Shown here: one piece after another, positions 18,601-27,759 of the stretch
How positions within the stretch are numbered: the first letter of the stretch is position 1
How the letters are laid out: every line of letters starts with the position of its first letter
From: Opitutia bacterium
GTDB lineage: Bacteria > Verrucomicrobiota > Verrucomicrobiia > Opitutales > Opitutaceae
Length of the DNA: 64,000 nucleotides
NCBI GenBank assembly: GCA_947478395.1
Contig: CANJVR010000004.1
Location: forward strand, 160,001 to 224,000
Direction of reading: 5' to 3'
Program-made: the position numbers and the translations under genes
Notes under the pieces: generated by a model
What the model was told of the DNA's origin: nothing
What the model saw: the letters and a program-made list of their open reading frames with translations, nothing else
Databases searched by the model: none

Positions 18601-19353
18601 CCGAATTTGCGTTTCGCCCAGGCGATTCCCGGCGTGTCGACGGGTCGCGGTATCGGCATTATCGACACCCTGCATTTGGCGGAAGTCGCGTTGGCCGTCG
18701 ATGCCATCGCCTCGGCCCCGGGTGTCGACGTCGATACGCTCGAGGGCGTCAGGCATTGGTTTGCCGACTATCTCCATTGGATGTTGACCGATCCCAATGG
18801 AAAGGAAGAGGGCGCGACCAAGAACAACCATAGCGTGGCGTACACGCTGCAGGTGGCGGTGTTCGCGCGGTTCACGCGGGACGAGACGGCCCTGAGCCAG
18901 GCCCGGCGGACATTTTTGGAAGTTCTACTGCCGGGGCAGCTCGCGCCGGATGGAAGTTTCCCGCGCGAACTGTCTCGCACGAAGCCTTACGGTTACTCGA
19001 TCTTCCAATTGGATAATGTCGCTCTGCTCGCCGAGATCCTGTCCACGCCGGAAAAAAATCTCTGGGTCGTAAACTTGTCCGACGGACGGAGTGTGGCCCA
19101 AGCCGTCGCTTATCTTTTCCCGTACCTCAAGAATCGCGCCGACTGGCCCTTCGCCCCGGACGTCGCGCATTTCGAGGCGTGGCCGGCGCGTCAACCCGCG
19201 TTGCTGCTGGCAGGATATCGTCTCGGTCATCCTGATTATCTCGAGCTGTGGAAACAGCTGCCCTCCGATCCCGCCGACATCGAGGTGCGGCGAAATATGG
19301 CGGTTACCCAACCCTTGCTCTGGATTCAGCCGGTCACGGCCCGCGCGCCCTGA
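15625..19353 (+). CDS. Secreted GH2 glycoside hydrolase fused to alginate-lyase-fold (PL38-like) domain
   Basis: Signal peptide; LHFEGA, HVGGY, DFNLYGGLYRPV, LRGTHRHED, IRLGHY, WGLGNEN (GH2); C-terminal SMGDYWWPNP...GLPYVRRDG...NP, GRGIGIID, KNNH. Confidence 0.88.
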   Translation: MRLLPGYPIFQRLRLVLAGLFVATTIRAAEAEVSVMRPADWQDRTTLTSGWQFVRKDLGGVWETLRSKDRALDLPAWSTVELPHCYNATDAVDPDGAYYQGPAWYRTELKIENPHVNGRTLLHFEGAGQKAQIWIGDEKVSEHVGGYDEFTVDITDAIARYRSSALAKLPATESRIAPGSVPLAVRCDNSRDLEAIPSNLSDFNLYGGLYRPVHLVYLPAGGITRIHAKPERQSDGSWQVSVSGRFESSVVQDGLRLVKMHLVGPDGKILAEAEARINSADGEQALATFRIPRPELWSPEAPSLYGIEVTAVTSGGRSRAWERFGLRWFEFVDQGPFKLNGTRLLLRGTHRHEDHVGVGAAMSETQMEAEMRLMKSMGVNFIRLGHYQQSRRILELCDELGIIVWEEIPWCRGGLGGDRYREQALAMLRAMIGQHFNHPAVVLWGLGNENDWPGDFEVFEQEKIRAFMSELNALAHRLDPSRVTAIRRCDFCRDIPDVYSPSIWAGWYRGQFTEYRDVSLKESKTVKHFLHVEWGGDSHAGRFAEDPYSLLREVKKTGAADERGLEFMDIGGNARVSRDGDWSETYICDLIDWHLKEQEKMDWLTGSAMWPFKDFSTPLRPDNPVPFMNQKGAVERDLTPKESFYVYQSYWTREPMVRIHGHAWAVRWGKAGEKRMMRIYSNCDEVELWLNGISQGVHRRDSQDFPAAGLRWQLAFEEGMNTVRTVGRIKEKTVSDEVTFRYETRAPGKPHHLRLQAFALPNQAWRIQAELLDAAGVVCVEARDFVRFGQTGDGKLLDNLGTARGSRYVQFANGRAQIDIVLAASMHAVVSAQVTGMPTAFMGVDQPDESKIKAAARLQASPSAQLFADVVKIERDRALRLGAVAMKAEPVSIRSVPLPEFARKSGAVPGDFLSMGDYWWPNPASKDGLPYVRRDGETNPENFETHRLQLREMRDTVAALAAAYLVSNDASYANRASAWLKMFFVDPATRMNPNLRFAQAIPGVSTGRGIGIIDTLHLAEVALAVDAIASAPGVDVDTLEGVRHWFADYLHWMLTDPNGKEEGATKNNHSVAYTLQVAVFARFTRDETALSQARRTFLEVLLPGQLAPDGSFPRELSRTKPYGYSIFQLDNVALLAEILSTPEKNLWVVNLSDGRSVAQAVAYLFPYLKNRADWPFAPDVAHFEAWPARQPALLLAGYRLGHPDYLELWKQLPSDPADIEVRRNMAVTQPLLWIQPVTARAP

Positions 19354-19422
19354 CGATTTCGCAAAGAAAGTTTGGAATATGGGGACGGCGCAATTTCCCT
19401 CGCTCCGCCCCCTTCCTGCACC

Positions 19423-19740
19423 ATGCGCCAATCGACCACCTCTCGTTTGGCCACGATCACCGTCGCGTGGTTCGTCACGATCTTTACTGCTTTCCCCTCA
19501 ACTCAGGCAGCCGAGACTGAAACGCTCACGTCGGCGGCCCAGGTCAGGGCGCTTCCCGCGGCTGTCGCCGAGTCCAAAATCCCCGCTAAAATCCGCGGCG
19601 TTGTCACGGCGGCCGAACCCGATTGGCAGGGCAAGTTTGTCATCCAGGACGACAGCGCCGGCATCTTCGTTCAAAACGTCGGTGAGCAACCCAGGATCGG
19701 CGACTACATCGAAGTCTCGGGCTGGACCGGGAAAACCTCA
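19423..19740 (+). pseudogene. Truncated N-terminus of an OB-fold-repeat sensor protein (histidine-kinase type)
   Basis: Signal peptide plus LTSAAQVRAL...IRGVVTAAEP...FVIQDDSAGIFV...IGDYIEVSGWT; the frame then simply reads antisense into the MFS gene. Confidence 0.55.
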
Positions 19741-19763
19741 ACCGTGCTCGTGCCGCGGGGCCA

Positions 19764-20984
19764 TCAGCTGGCGTGCGGCACGTCGCGCGCGAAGCGCCAG
19801 TACACGGCCACGAACACCAGGGCGATCGCGACCGCGGCCAATTGGCTCGTGGCCAGCGAAAGACTGGTCGCCCACACCAGCGGCGCGAACACGGCGACGA
19901 GGGCTGCTCCGCCGGTTGAAATAAAACTCTGGCACGACGCCGCGAGCCCGCGCTGTTCGGGGAAAAGATCCAGTGCCAGCAGCGTCAACGTCGGGAACGC
20001 CAGCGCCATGCCGAACGAATAAAGCATAATCGGGGTTAGGCTCCACGGCAGTACCGGCGGGTGCACCCGATGAAACCAGAGATTTCCCGCGGCAGCGGCC
20101 CCCATGCACCCCACGCCCCAGCTCAAGGTTCGAGTCGGCGAGATCCGGCCGGCGAAACGCCCCGACAGCCACGCGCCCAGCGCCATGCCCACGGTCAGGG
20201 GGCCGAACAGCCAGAAGAAACCCGTGGACGCGATGCCCAGCTGATGCATGAGAAATTCCGGGGCCGCGGCCACGTACAAAAACAAACCGGCGAAACAAAA
20301 CGTTGAGCCGAGGCACACCGCTAAAAACCGCGGGGAGGAGAGCACGGTCCAGTAGGCCTTCAGAAGGTAAATTGGGTGCAGCGTCTGGCGCTTTTCCCGC
20401 GGCAAGGTCTCGGGCAGGATGCGCCGGCAGATCAGCCAGATCACGCCCGAATACAGCACGAGGAAGAAGAAAACCGACCGCCAGCCGAAGGCCGATTGCA
20501 GCCAGCCGCCGATCACCGGTGCGATCGCGGGCGCGAGGGCGAAGGTCATCGACACCTGCGACATGACCCGCTGCGCATCCGGACCGTGAAAGCGATCACG
20601 CACGATGGCGCGGCCCACGACCATGCCCGCGCCCGCGGTGGCGCCTTGCAGGGCGCGAAACACGAGCAGCATCGCGATGTTCTGCGCGCACGCGCACGCG
20701 ATCGACGCGAGGGCAAACAACGCCATGCCCCAGAGCACGACGCGACGGCGTCCGACGGCATCCGAGATCGCTCCGTGCCACAGCGTCATGAGCGCGAACG
20801 GTCCCATGTAGGCGGTGAGTGTCATCTGCAACGCGTACGGCGAGGTGTGCATCACCGTTTGAATTTCCCCCATCGACGGCAGGTACGCGTCGATCGAAAA
20901 CGGCCCGATCGCCGACAACGAAGCCAGCAACAGCGGCAGTCCGCCGCTGGTGGTGCTGGATTGAGTCGGATGCGATGATGGCAT
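19764..20984 (-). CDS. Bcr/CflA-family MFS efflux transporter
   Basis: GPFSIDAYLPS, GAISDAVGRRRV, RALQG, APAIAPVIGG, GWRSVF, LPETLP. Confidence 0.95.
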   Translation of the reverse strand: MPSSHPTQSSTTSGGLPLLLASLSAIGPFSIDAYLPSMGEIQTVMHTSPYALQMTLTAYMGPFALMTLWHGAISDAVGRRRVVLWGMALFALASIACACAQNIAMLLVFRALQGATAGAGMVVGRAIVRDRFHGPDAQRVMSQVSMTFALAPAIAPVIGGWLQSAFGWRSVFFFLVLYSGVIWLICRRILPETLPREKRQTLHPIYLLKAYWTVLSSPRFLAVCLGSTFCFAGLFLYVAAAPEFLMHQLGIASTGFFWLFGPLTVGMALGAWLSGRFAGRISPTRTLSWGVGCMGAAAAGNLWFHRVHPPVLPWSLTPIMLYSFGMALAFPTLTLLALDLFPEQRGLAASCQSFISTGGAALVAVFAPLVWATSLSLATSQLAAVAIALVFVAVYWRFARDVPHAS

Positions 20985-21123
20985 GACGAAAAACCGTGAG
21001 CGTGGAGCGCCCGCCCCGCCGAGCGCAACTGCGGAGGCAGGCGCAACGCGCCCAGGCCGCCCTCGATTTTCCGTGAAATCGAAACCACCTGAAGCGATTC
21101 GATTTTTCCCGCGGCCGTTTTGG

Positions 21124-21193
21124 GTAGCGGCAGGCGTCCCTGCCTGTCGCGGTCGGCGTCCTTGTTTCGGCAGGCAGGGACGCCTGCCGCTAC
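21124..21193. repeat. REP family A palindrome (copy 1 of 4)
   Basis: GTAGCGGCAGGCGTCCCTGCCTG...CAGGCAGGGACGCCTGCCGCTAC, 70 bp. Confidence 0.9.
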
Positions 21194-21323
21194 GCTTTCA
21201 TTTAAACCGCTCGAGCGCCCAAACTCCGCTGCTCGCTCAACGGTAATCTCGCAATGACAAGCGCGCGAAAACGCGATTTAAGAAACAGCTTAGAATAATT
21301 TAAACCGTCGTTCGCCCCGTATT

Positions 21324-21845
21324 ATGCGCCTCCGAATTCTTTTCCTCAGTCTCATGCTTGCGAGCGGACTGCTCCGCGCGGCCACCAACCCTCCCGTCGT
21401 GCAGGAGGGGAAATCGGCCACAGTGCTGGTGCTTGGCATCAGCCGGCTCGAGCCGGCTAGCGCCGACGATGCGCCCGATGGCGTGGTTATGATGTTTCTG
21501 GTTCGGCGGCGCGACGGAGTCAGCGGACAGATAGCGCTCCCCCATGAAACCCGCGATGCAACGGTCGACGCGAAGAGTTACGTGGAACTCACGCGCGAGG
21601 CTCTCGGTAAGACGTTCGAACCCTCGACGGTCGTGGATGCGCCCGCGAATTTTTTCGCGCGTCACACGGAACTGGCTCCGCCCGCCAACGCGAAATTGAA
21701 CAATGCCCTCGTGGTGTCGGTTGCGCTGCGCGGGGCGGCGCTCAAGCCCGGTCAGACGGTGCAGGCCGTGTTGCACGTCGGCTTCGGCGACGACGCCGGA
21801 GATTTCGCGTTTACGTTTGCGGTGCCGGCGGCGGCGCGGAGGTAG
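21324..21845 (+). CDS. Secreted hypothetical protein
   Basis: Signal peptide MRLRILFLSLMLASGLLRA; its stop codon is the TAG of the adjacent REP. Confidence 0.7.
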   Translation: MRLRILFLSLMLASGLLRAATNPPVVQEGKSATVLVLGISRLEPASADDAPDGVVMMFLVRRRDGVSGQIALPHETRDATVDAKSYVELTREALGKTFEPSTVVDAPANFFARHTELAPPANAKLNNALVVSVALRGAALKPGQTVQAVLHVGFGDDAGDFAFTFAVPAAARR

Positions 21846-21931
21846 GGCGGGTTATCCCTAACCCGCCGTTACGGCTCAGCGTCCAAGTAAGTCCCGCGCC
21901 CAATCGGCGCGTTAAGGATAACGCGCCCTAC
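21842..21931. repeat. REP family B doublet (copy 1 of 3)
   Basis: GTAGGGCGGGTTATCCCTAACCCGCCG...CGGCGCGTTAAGGATAACGCGCCCTAC. Confidence 0.9.
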
Positions 21932-21933
21932 CT

Positions 21934-23415
21934 TCACTTCGCCAGCGCCGCCTCGATCTGTTTGTACGAGCTCTTGATGATCTCGAGCCGCGCGAAGCGT
22001 TTGTTGTTCGCCGGAATCAGGTGCCACGGCGCGAACCGCGTCTGCGTGAGCGCGAGCATGTCGCCGACCGCGGTTTCGTAGGCCGACCACTTGCGCCGGT
22101 TGCGCCAGTCCTCGGCATTGATCTTGTGCTGCTTGTACTCTGTTTCTTCACGATTTCTGAACCGGCGGAGCTGCTCCTCCTTGCTGATGTGGAGCCAATA
22201 CTTGATCACGATCACGCCGTGTTCGACGAGTTCGCGCTCGAATTCGTTGATCTCGGAAAACGCGCGGCGCCATTCCTGGTCGCGGGCAAAACCTTCGAGA
22301 CGTTCCACGAGCACGCGGCCATACCACGAACGGTCGTAAATCGTCGTCATGCCGGCGCGCGGCACGTGACGCCAGAAACGCCAGAGATAATGATGCGCTT
22401 TTTCCTCGTCGGTGGGCTTCGCCACCGGAATCACGCGTGAATCGCGCGCGTCGATCGCATCGGTCAGACGCCGGATGGCCCCGCCCTTGCCGGCGGCGTC
22501 CCAGCCTTCGAAGACCCACACGATCGAGCGGCGGGCGACCGCGGCGGCGCGAACGATGCGGTTGAGTTTGCCGAGCCATTTGTCGCGTTTCTCCTCGTAA
22601 TCGCCTTGCGCGAGCGACTGGTCGAGCGGCAGCGCGAGCAGTCGGCGCAAGCCGGCGGCGCGAAGCGGCGCGGTGCGTCGGGGTTTCGCGCGCGCCGCCA
22701 GGGTCTGGTGGGTGCGATAGTGGGCGTTAAAACGGGCGAGCAGGCGCTCGGCGACCGCGAGATTGCGCGCGCGCGGATCGCTGGCGTCGATCACGAGCCA
22801 CGGCGCTCCGGGGCGCTGCGTCGCGCGGCGCATGGTGTCGGCCAGTTTGGCGAGGCGATCGTAGTCGCGGTGGCTTTTCCAGTCATCGGCCGTCACGCGC
22901 CACGCCGTGCGTTCATCGTCCTCGAGCTCATGCAGACGCGCGCGTTGGCCGTCTTTCGAAAGGTGCAGCCAGACTTTCACGATGAGCACGCCGTCGGCGG
23001 TGAGTTGGTCCTCGAAGCGCGCGATCCGGCGGAGCGCGGTGTCGAATTCGGCGAAATCGCGCGGACTGCGCGGATCTTCGCGCAATGCCTCGGTGTGCCA
23101 GCCGCCCGCGTAAATGCCGAGGCGGCCGTGAGGCGGAAGACAGCGCCAGAAGCGCCACATCGGAGGACGCTCGCGCTCCTCGTCGGTGGGTTCGTGAAAC
23201 GCGAACGTCTCGACGCCGCGCGGATCGAGCCAGGCGTTGAGGACGTTGACGACGTCGCCTTTGCCGGAGGCATCGACGCCCGCCACGACCATCAGCACGG
23301 GGAACGGGGCATTCTTTAGCTGCACCTGCATGTGGACGAGGGCGGCGCGCACGTCGGCGACGCGGGCCTCGTAGGCTTTCTTCGACATGCGCTGTTCGGA
23401 GTCTGCTTTCGCCAT
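21934..23415 (-). CDS. pap: Two-domain polyphosphate kinase 2 (polyphosphate:AMP phosphotransferase)
   Basis: Two PPK2 domains: AGVDASGKG and FEGWDAAGKGG, DRSWYGRVLVER, WRFWR. Confidence 0.9.
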   Translation of the reverse strand: MAKADSEQRMSKKAYEARVADVRAALVHMQVQLKNAPFPVLMVVAGVDASGKGDVVNVLNAWLDPRGVETFAFHEPTDEERERPPMWRFWRCLPPHGRLGIYAGGWHTEALREDPRSPRDFAEFDTALRRIARFEDQLTADGVLIVKVWLHLSKDGQRARLHELEDDERTAWRVTADDWKSHRDYDRLAKLADTMRRATQRPGAPWLVIDASDPRARNLAVAERLLARFNAHYRTHQTLAARAKPRRTAPLRAAGLRRLLALPLDQSLAQGDYEEKRDKWLGKLNRIVRAAAVARRSIVWVFEGWDAAGKGGAIRRLTDAIDARDSRVIPVAKPTDEEKAHHYLWRFWRHVPRAGMTTIYDRSWYGRVLVERLEGFARDQEWRRAFSEINEFERELVEHGVIVIKYWLHISKEEQLRRFRNREETEYKQHKINAEDWRNRRKWSAYETAVGDMLALTQTRFAPWHLIPANNKRFARLEIIKSSYKQIEAALAK

Positions 23416-23593
23416 GCAGAGGAATCAGTGGGGGCGGCACTGGCGGTTGTCCAGCCGGGGCCGCGCGGCGGTTACCGCTGCGCGGAAATTGTAACATTCA
23501 GGCGAGATCCGCGGTCGCGCGCGGGCGTAAGTCGGGCGCGATCCGGACCATTGATTCGAGGCTGTTTGGCTCGCGAATCTTCTCCCGCATGGG

Positions 23594-24880
23594 TCACGGT
23601 CCAACCCGAGACCCGGTGATGGTGGTGGTGCCTCCACCCCTTGCGCCAGCGGGCCCGGTCGCCGGTCTCGGTTGAAGATTTTGCACCCACTGGCCGCCGT
23701 AGTTCTTGTACACATCGAAGCCGCGCGGGCCGAGTGTGGCAGTCAGTTTGGCCGCAGCCTCAGCGCTCAGGGCGGTGAGCTGGGCGTTGCGATCTTCCGG
23801 TGCGAGCTGGCGGTTTGTTTGGACGGCTTGAGCCCGTTGCTGAATATCTTTTTGCAGGGTCCACGCGTCCATGGCGGTAGTGGTCGGCAGACCGAGACGA
23901 TCCACGACTCGACTGATCATTTGATAGCTTCCATCGAGGGATCGCTGATATTCCGCGCCGCGTTCCGGCCCGAGCATCGCGGTGATATCGGACGTCAGTT
24001 GTTTCTGAGCGTCGGCCCGTTGGCGGAGTTCGTCCTGTGTTGGTGGCGCAGTTGGTCCCGCAGTAAACTGACCCACCAAGCTGCTCCCGTCGTAGCGTTC
24101 ATCGAAGGCGTGGCGCTTTTCGAAGATCGCGCGGAATTCGGCTTCGGTCGGATTGAACCCGATCAGCTGCGCGCGCATGGTCGAGGCCGTGTTACTGGTC
24201 TGCAGATCGTAGGTCAGCAATTCGTCTGGCGTCAGGGCGCGGACGATGTCGGCGCGCTGTTCCTTTTCGAGCAACGCGAGCTGCGTGCGGTCATCGGGCA
24301 ATGGAACGCCGCCAATAGCGTCCGCAAAGATGCCGTCACGCATTTCGCTGTAATCACGTTTGATGCTGGCGACGAGATTCGCCTTGCCGGGCGGGAGTCC
24401 GGTTCGGCCGTCATCGAGGGCACCTTGGAGCGGAATCGCCTGTGGGTCCGGTCCGAGCAGGTCGTTGATTGCCTTCCGCTGCTCGCGATTGAGCGCGCGG
24501 AGTTCGTTGACGATTTTCGGGTCGGTCGTTTGCGAATTTTTCCAGAACTCCTTCGTGGGATTGGTGACGGGATTGAGCCCTTTGCGCCGCGCGGCGAAGT
24601 TATCCTGAATTTGCGCCAGCAGGATCGCGCGCACGATGTCGGGGGGGAAATTCGCCGCGATTAGCCGGGCCTTTTGGGCGGTCAGATCAGAAGCTGAGAT
24701 GTTTTTCCAGAGGGTCGGACTGGCGGCGGTGGAAACGGAGTCCGCGGGCCGGCGAGCGTCGGTGGCGTTCTTCGCGGTTGACGATCCGGTTGCGGCCGAG
24801 GGCGAAAAAGCGAACAGAGCGGCGAGCAGCACGGCGTTTCCAACGAGCGACGCGGCGAGGAGAAGTGGGAGGGGTATCAT
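23594..24880 (-). CDS. Membrane-anchored helical hypothetical protein (paralog 2)
   Basis: N-terminal hydrophobic anchor; shares AANFPPDIVR, DYSEM, TEAEFRAIF motifs with the upstream gene. Confidence 0.75.
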   Translation of the reverse strand: MIPLPLLLAASLVGNAVLLAALFAFSPSAATGSSTAKNATDARRPADSVSTAASPTLWKNISASDLTAQKARLIAANFPPDIVRAILLAQIQDNFAARRKGLNPVTNPTKEFWKNSQTTDPKIVNELRALNREQRKAINDLLGPDPQAIPLQGALDDGRTGLPPGKANLVASIKRDYSEMRDGIFADAIGGVPLPDDRTQLALLEKEQRADIVRALTPDELLTYDLQTSNTASTMRAQLIGFNPTEAEFRAIFEKRHAFDERYDGSSLVGQFTAGPTAPPTQDELRQRADAQKQLTSDITAMLGPERGAEYQRSLDGSYQMISRVVDRLGLPTTTAMDAWTLQKDIQQRAQAVQTNRQLAPEDRNAQLTALSAEAAAKLTATLGPRGFDVYKNYGGQWVQNLQPRPATGPAGARGGGTTTITGSRVGP

Positions 24881-24917
24881 AGTGGGCGTGAGGCCAAAGT
24901 CAGAGAGCTAAATGGGG

Positions 24918-26222
24918 TCAAGGGATTGGTCGGCCCGCGACGGCGGGTCGAGGTACGGGTAGTCCGCGGGTGATGACGCCACCGAGAGTGAATGTGACGG
25001 CGGATCCTTGTTCAACCCGGTTGAGCCAGGTGGCCGACTGCAGGTAAGTGCGCGCCGCAGATTCGCCCAGCGTCGCCGTGACCTGACTGCGCATGGCTTG
25101 AGCGAGAGTTTGGAGCGCGGCGCGCTTTTGATCCGTGCTCAGGTTCGCGTCGGAAAAAATCCGATTGGATTCATTCGCGACGTTGGTGCGCAGGTCGTAG
25201 ACCTGAATGGCGGCGGACGTCGGCAGCTGGGCCTGTTGGGCGACTTGGCTGAGGATTTGAAATTCGCTATCGCTGGCGCGCGTGTAGTCGGCCAATCGGG
25301 CGTCGCCGAGCGCGTTCTTGATCTCTTCGGCGACTCGGGCCTGATCGGCCTGTCGGTCGTTCACCCGGGTGAGGCCGGCGTTGTAGTATTTTTCGTCGAA
25401 GGTGAGCTGGGCCCGGTAAATGACGCGAAATTCCTCCTCGGTCGCATTCATGGCGGTGAGCGCCGTGCGCAGTCGGGCGGTGGTAGGAGAGGATCGCACA
25501 AGGAATTCTTCCAGTTCCTGTGGGCTTAAAATCTTGGCCAGATCGGCGCGACGCTCTCTTTCCAAGAGATCGAGTTTCTCCTGGTCCTCGGGCAGGGTGA
25601 TGCCGTTGGCGCTGATTTTCACCTGGTTGGTGAGATCGCTGTAATCGCTGACAATTTTTTGCAGCTGTTCGATTTTTTCCCGAGGAAGGTCGCCATACTG
25701 TCGCCGGTTGGAGTCGTTGGTCTCTTCCGCTTGATCGCCTTCCGGTCCGAGCGCGTCTTTGAGGATCGCCGTGTACTCGCGGCCGATGTCGTTCAGGGCC
25801 GCGCGAAATTTCGGATCGGACGAAGTGCTTTGGTTTCGACCGGTGGCCCAGAACGGCTTTGGACCGACGGCCGCGGCCATTTCTTGGTAACGCGGCAGAA
25901 CGGATTGGATGAGACGCGACTGAATAACCGAGCGAATGACCGACGGTGGAAATCCGGCAGCCCTAAGTTTGGCGGCGAGCGTTTTGAGATCGGAGGCCTC
26001 GAGAGTGGACCAGACGGCCGGCGGTAGTTCGCCGTTGCCGGGCGATTTTGAGTTCGAGGTTCCGGGTTTAGAGCGGTCGGAACCGACGGAGTTGGACAAG
26101 GCAGGTCCGGTGTCTGTTACGGACTTTGGCGCGGTCGCGGAAGTGGAGCGGTTGAAGCAGACGAAGCCGAGAGCGGCGTTGGCAGCGAGAGAGCCGGCGA
26201 GGACGAGGGGGGGAATTTTCAT
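24918..26222 (-). CDS. Membrane-anchored helical hypothetical protein (paralog 1)
   Basis: Start MKIPPLVLAGSLAANAAL at 26222; AAGFPPSVIR, DYSDL, TEEEFRVIY. Confidence 0.75.
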   Translation of the reverse strand: MKIPPLVLAGSLAANAALGFVCFNRSTSATAPKSVTDTGPALSNSVGSDRSKPGTSNSKSPGNGELPPAVWSTLEASDLKTLAAKLRAAGFPPSVIRSVIQSRLIQSVLPRYQEMAAAVGPKPFWATGRNQSTSSDPKFRAALNDIGREYTAILKDALGPEGDQAEETNDSNRRQYGDLPREKIEQLQKIVSDYSDLTNQVKISANGITLPEDQEKLDLLERERRADLAKILSPQELEEFLVRSSPTTARLRTALTAMNATEEEFRVIYRAQLTFDEKYYNAGLTRVNDRQADQARVAEEIKNALGDARLADYTRASDSEFQILSQVAQQAQLPTSAAIQVYDLRTNVANESNRIFSDANLSTDQKRAALQTLAQAMRSQVTATLGESAARTYLQSATWLNRVEQGSAVTFTLGGVITRGLPVPRPAVAGRPIP

Positions 26223-26239
26223 GCGGGGCGGGGAAGTGA

Positions 26240-26406
26240 TGAGATGGGGCCTGAAATTTCGCCCTTGTGGCGGCCGTTGGGCGGCGAGGGCGACTTTCCG
26301 TGCGGCGTCTGGCGAGGGCGGCGCCGTATCGCGGGCAAAGGAGTAAACGGCAAACGCGGCGTTAGCCGCCGCAGAACCAAGCAAGCACGAGGGCGGGGAG
26401 TTTCAT
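26240..26406 (-). pseudogene. Frameshifted N-terminal remnant of a third paralog
   Basis: MKLPALVL (frameshift) LGSAAANAAFAVYSF matches MKIPPLVLAGSLAANAALGFVCF of the next gene. Confidence 0.6.
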
Positions 26407-26682
26407 CGGAACCGGGGAACGAAAAAAAGTGGTCGGGGCGGCGGGATGAGTAAAGCGGCGAAAGTCGGAGCGCCATCACCCATTTGAGATTAAATCCATA
26501 AAGTCCTGAGGAAAACTCATGGCCGTGCCCCGGAGAGCCGATCTGAATCGCCTATGGGCATCCTCTGCGTAGGTCGGTGCGCCGGCGCGCGCGCGTCGAC
26601 GGGCGGAGGGCTATTTGGATTGGATTTTGCCGGACTTGCGGTGGAAGCCACCCACGCCACGCTGCGCGGTTTACATTTTACG

Positions 26683-27657
26683 ATGCCCGTTTCTTCCTCC
26701 GCCCACCCTCAACACGCACGTGCCGTGGGGATGCTGCTCGTGGCGAATTTTTTCTGGGGACTGAGTTTTCCCCTCATCAAGGCGTTGCTCTTGCTCAGCG
26801 CCCGCCTGGTGCCTGAAGCCGGCCCGTGGTTTCTCGCCGTGTACACGGTCGCGCCGCGATTCCTGTTGGCCGCAGCTGTGCTGGTTGCGCTGCGACCCCG
26901 GAGTTTTTGGCGCGTGACCACCGGAGAGCTGAAACAGGGCGGCGTGATCGGATTGTTCGCGGCCGCGGGACTGCTCCTGCAAAACGATGCGCTCCAATTC
27001 ACGTCGGCGAGCACCTCGGCTTTTCTCACCCAACTCTACGCCATCCTCATCCCGGTTTACGTCGCGCTGCGCGCATGGCGGAATCCGGGCTGGGCCGTCT
27101 GGTTCAGCTGTGGCCTCGTGCTTGCGGGCGTGGCGCTGCTGGGAAATTTCAACTGGAAGGAATTCACGCTGGGCCGGGGCGAATGGGAGACGTTGCTCAG
27201 TTCGGTGTTTTTCATGGGGCAGATTCTGTGGCTGGAGAAAAAAGAATTCGCGGCCAATCGCGCCTTCGAGCTGACGCTGGCGATGTTTGTAACCGAGGCC
27301 GTGGTGTTTTGCGCGCTGGCGGGAGCGCTGACGCCGAATGGGCATGCCTTGGTGGTGCCGTGGACATCAGGCCCGTGGCTGGGATTGACGGGAATGCTCG
27401 TGCTACTCTGCACGCTCGGTGCGTATGGGATCATGAACGCGTGGCAGCCGAAAATCTCGGCGACCGAGGCCGGGCTGATTTATTGCGTCGAGCCGTTGTT
27501 TGGTTCGGCGCTCGCGCTGTTTTTGCCGGCGCTGTTTTCGACGTGGGCGGCGATCAACTATCCGAATGAGACCGCGACGTGGACACTGCTCGTCGGTGGA
27601 GGACTGATCACCGCGGCGAATCTTTTGATCCAGATGAAGCCGCCGCAGAAAACCTGA
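26683..27657 (+). CDS. DMT/EamA family transporter
   Basis: FWGLSFPLIK, RFLLAA, LQFTSASTSAFLT, ISATEAGLIYCVEP; about 10 TM segments. Confidence 0.9.
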   Translation: MPVSSSAHPQHARAVGMLLVANFFWGLSFPLIKALLLLSARLVPEAGPWFLAVYTVAPRFLLAAAVLVALRPRSFWRVTTGELKQGGVIGLFAAAGLLLQNDALQFTSASTSAFLTQLYAILIPVYVALRAWRNPGWAVWFSCGLVLAGVALLGNFNWKEFTLGRGEWETLLSSVFFMGQILWLEKKEFAANRAFELTLAMFVTEAVVFCALAGALTPNGHALVVPWTSGPWLGLTGMLVLLCTLGAYGIMNAWQPKISATEAGLIYCVEPLFGSALALFLPALFSTWAAINYPNETATWTLLVGGGLITAANLLIQMKPPQKT

Positions 27658-27759
27658 GAAGTGCTGGGCGCGTCATCCAGAAATGGAAACGGCGAAGAAC
27701 CAAAGCAACCAACCGGGGCGGTCGTTTTAGGGCGCTGCGGTTTCTTCGCTTCTTTGCCG

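Noticed and set aside
24918..26384. 488-aa version of the paralog-1 ORF
   Set aside because: The extension is the leader of the decayed third paralog read in frame; the start at 26222 matches paralog 2 in length and signal.
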